A stretch of 62,966 nt of DNA, filler included, from Diploschistes diacapsis (taxonomy: Eukaryota): the NCBI GenBank assembly GCA_023645945.1. It is 17 parts of 17 records of this genome, joined end to end, with 100 filler letters (N's around TTAATTAATTAA, not from the genome) between each part and the next. Parts side by side here need not be neighbours in the genome. Positions count along the whole stretch, not along the records: positions 61,640 to 62,966 come from JALAIB010003311.1; 16 more parts are not named here. One strand, written 5' to 3'. The first letter of the stretch is position 1, and every line of letters starts with the position of its first letter. Under the pieces are notes generated by a model, which saw only the letters and a list, made by a program, of their open reading frames with translations, was not told the DNA's origin and did no database searches. A program made the translations under genes and the position numbers. This document shows, one piece after another, positions 62,075 to 62,966 of the stretch.

Positions 62075-62304
62075 AAGCCATAACGCGTTCTTGTATAACT
62101 AATTACTCTTTAACGAAGTAGATTAATAGATAAATAGAACTACCGTTCTCCCGTTCTATTTATAGAAGGTAAAATAGCCTTCAAGGCTTTCTACTCATCA
62201 CGTGACCCGTGTTACCATGATTGGACTATATACAAAGAGCGATTGGGAAGTGCCCGACTAGCTGTGACGTGCCAGGTTACCACTCGGTACCCTGGATCGT
62301 AACA
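62075..62304 (-). mobile_element. 5' part of an LTR family A copy
   Basis: TGTTACGATCCAGGGTACC is identical to the start at 58920. Confidence 0.8.
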
Positions 62305-62966
62305 TTTCGCCGGCGAAGCGACAACAGCATTTAATTGCGCCAATTTACTTTATAATATTAATAATAATTCCGAATTTAATTATCTCTTTCGAAATAATCA
62401 GGCCTTCGCGAAAAACCGTTAGCTAGGTTATTCATCCCCGGACGGTGCGATATAACCAAATTTACTAATATTAATTTTATAGCCTATCTAATTCAACGAT
62501 CTAAAAGTGTTTTTTAACCTATAAATCCTTTTTAGATTATTATAATCAATAATTATTTTAATCGCTTACGACGCGCCCTCGAGATAATAACGCCACTACC
62601 TAAAAGCCATTATAATGATTAAAAGTTCCCCGTCGTGAGTCTCGTAATTTCTTTTCGTAGGGTTTATTTTCCTGAATTAGAACGCTATTAAATATTATAT
62701 CTTATTTAAGTATAATTACGATAAAACGGCGGCGATTTTAAAACTTAACGCGTCTATTTCGACCCGAATTCGTAAAACTAGGTCGAAATGTTTTAATATA
62801 GGGGTTTAAACGAATTTTATTTTAAATTATAGAATACTTGTTCCTCGTTAACGGTCCAATAAAGCTATTTTATTTTATTTTCCTTTTTATTTCCTTTTAG
62901 GAGTTCTATCAACGGATTAATAATTTTTAATTATTTTAAAATAAACCTTTAATAAAAGTTATAGAA

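Overview
Filamentous ascomycete (Pezizomycotina) nuclear DNA, judged from short GT..AG introns with CTRAC branch sites, GH7+CBM1, Zn2Cys6 factors and RIP-mutated repeats. The window is not contiguous: 16 identical 100-nt spacers (44 N + TTAATTAATTAA + 44 N) join 17 separate contigs. Two ~20.7-kb gene-bearing contigs (1-20712 and 25115-45812) carry a GH7 cellobiohydrolase, a small GPI-anchored collagen-like protein, RPS17, an MFS transporter, an Rtr1/RPAP2 homologue, aspartate aminotransferase, two Zn2Cys6 factors, an OM14-like protein, several uncharacterised secreted or membrane proteins and at least four disabled genes. The other fifteen contigs are ~1.33 kb each and are mostly nested, RIP-degraded transposons (pogo/Fot1, Tc1, Tad1-like LINE, gypsy, copia, several LTR families, a MITE), plus a GH67 gene fragment. 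I found no convincing new multi-gene system. The best leads are a Cys-clamped Gly-X-Y GPI microprotein, a GH7 with a collapsed exo-loop, a required 2-nt micro-exon, a PTS2-like extension on aspartate aminotransferase, a RIP pattern that spares CpG, and several unclassified repeat families. Family assignments come from recalled motifs, not database searches.
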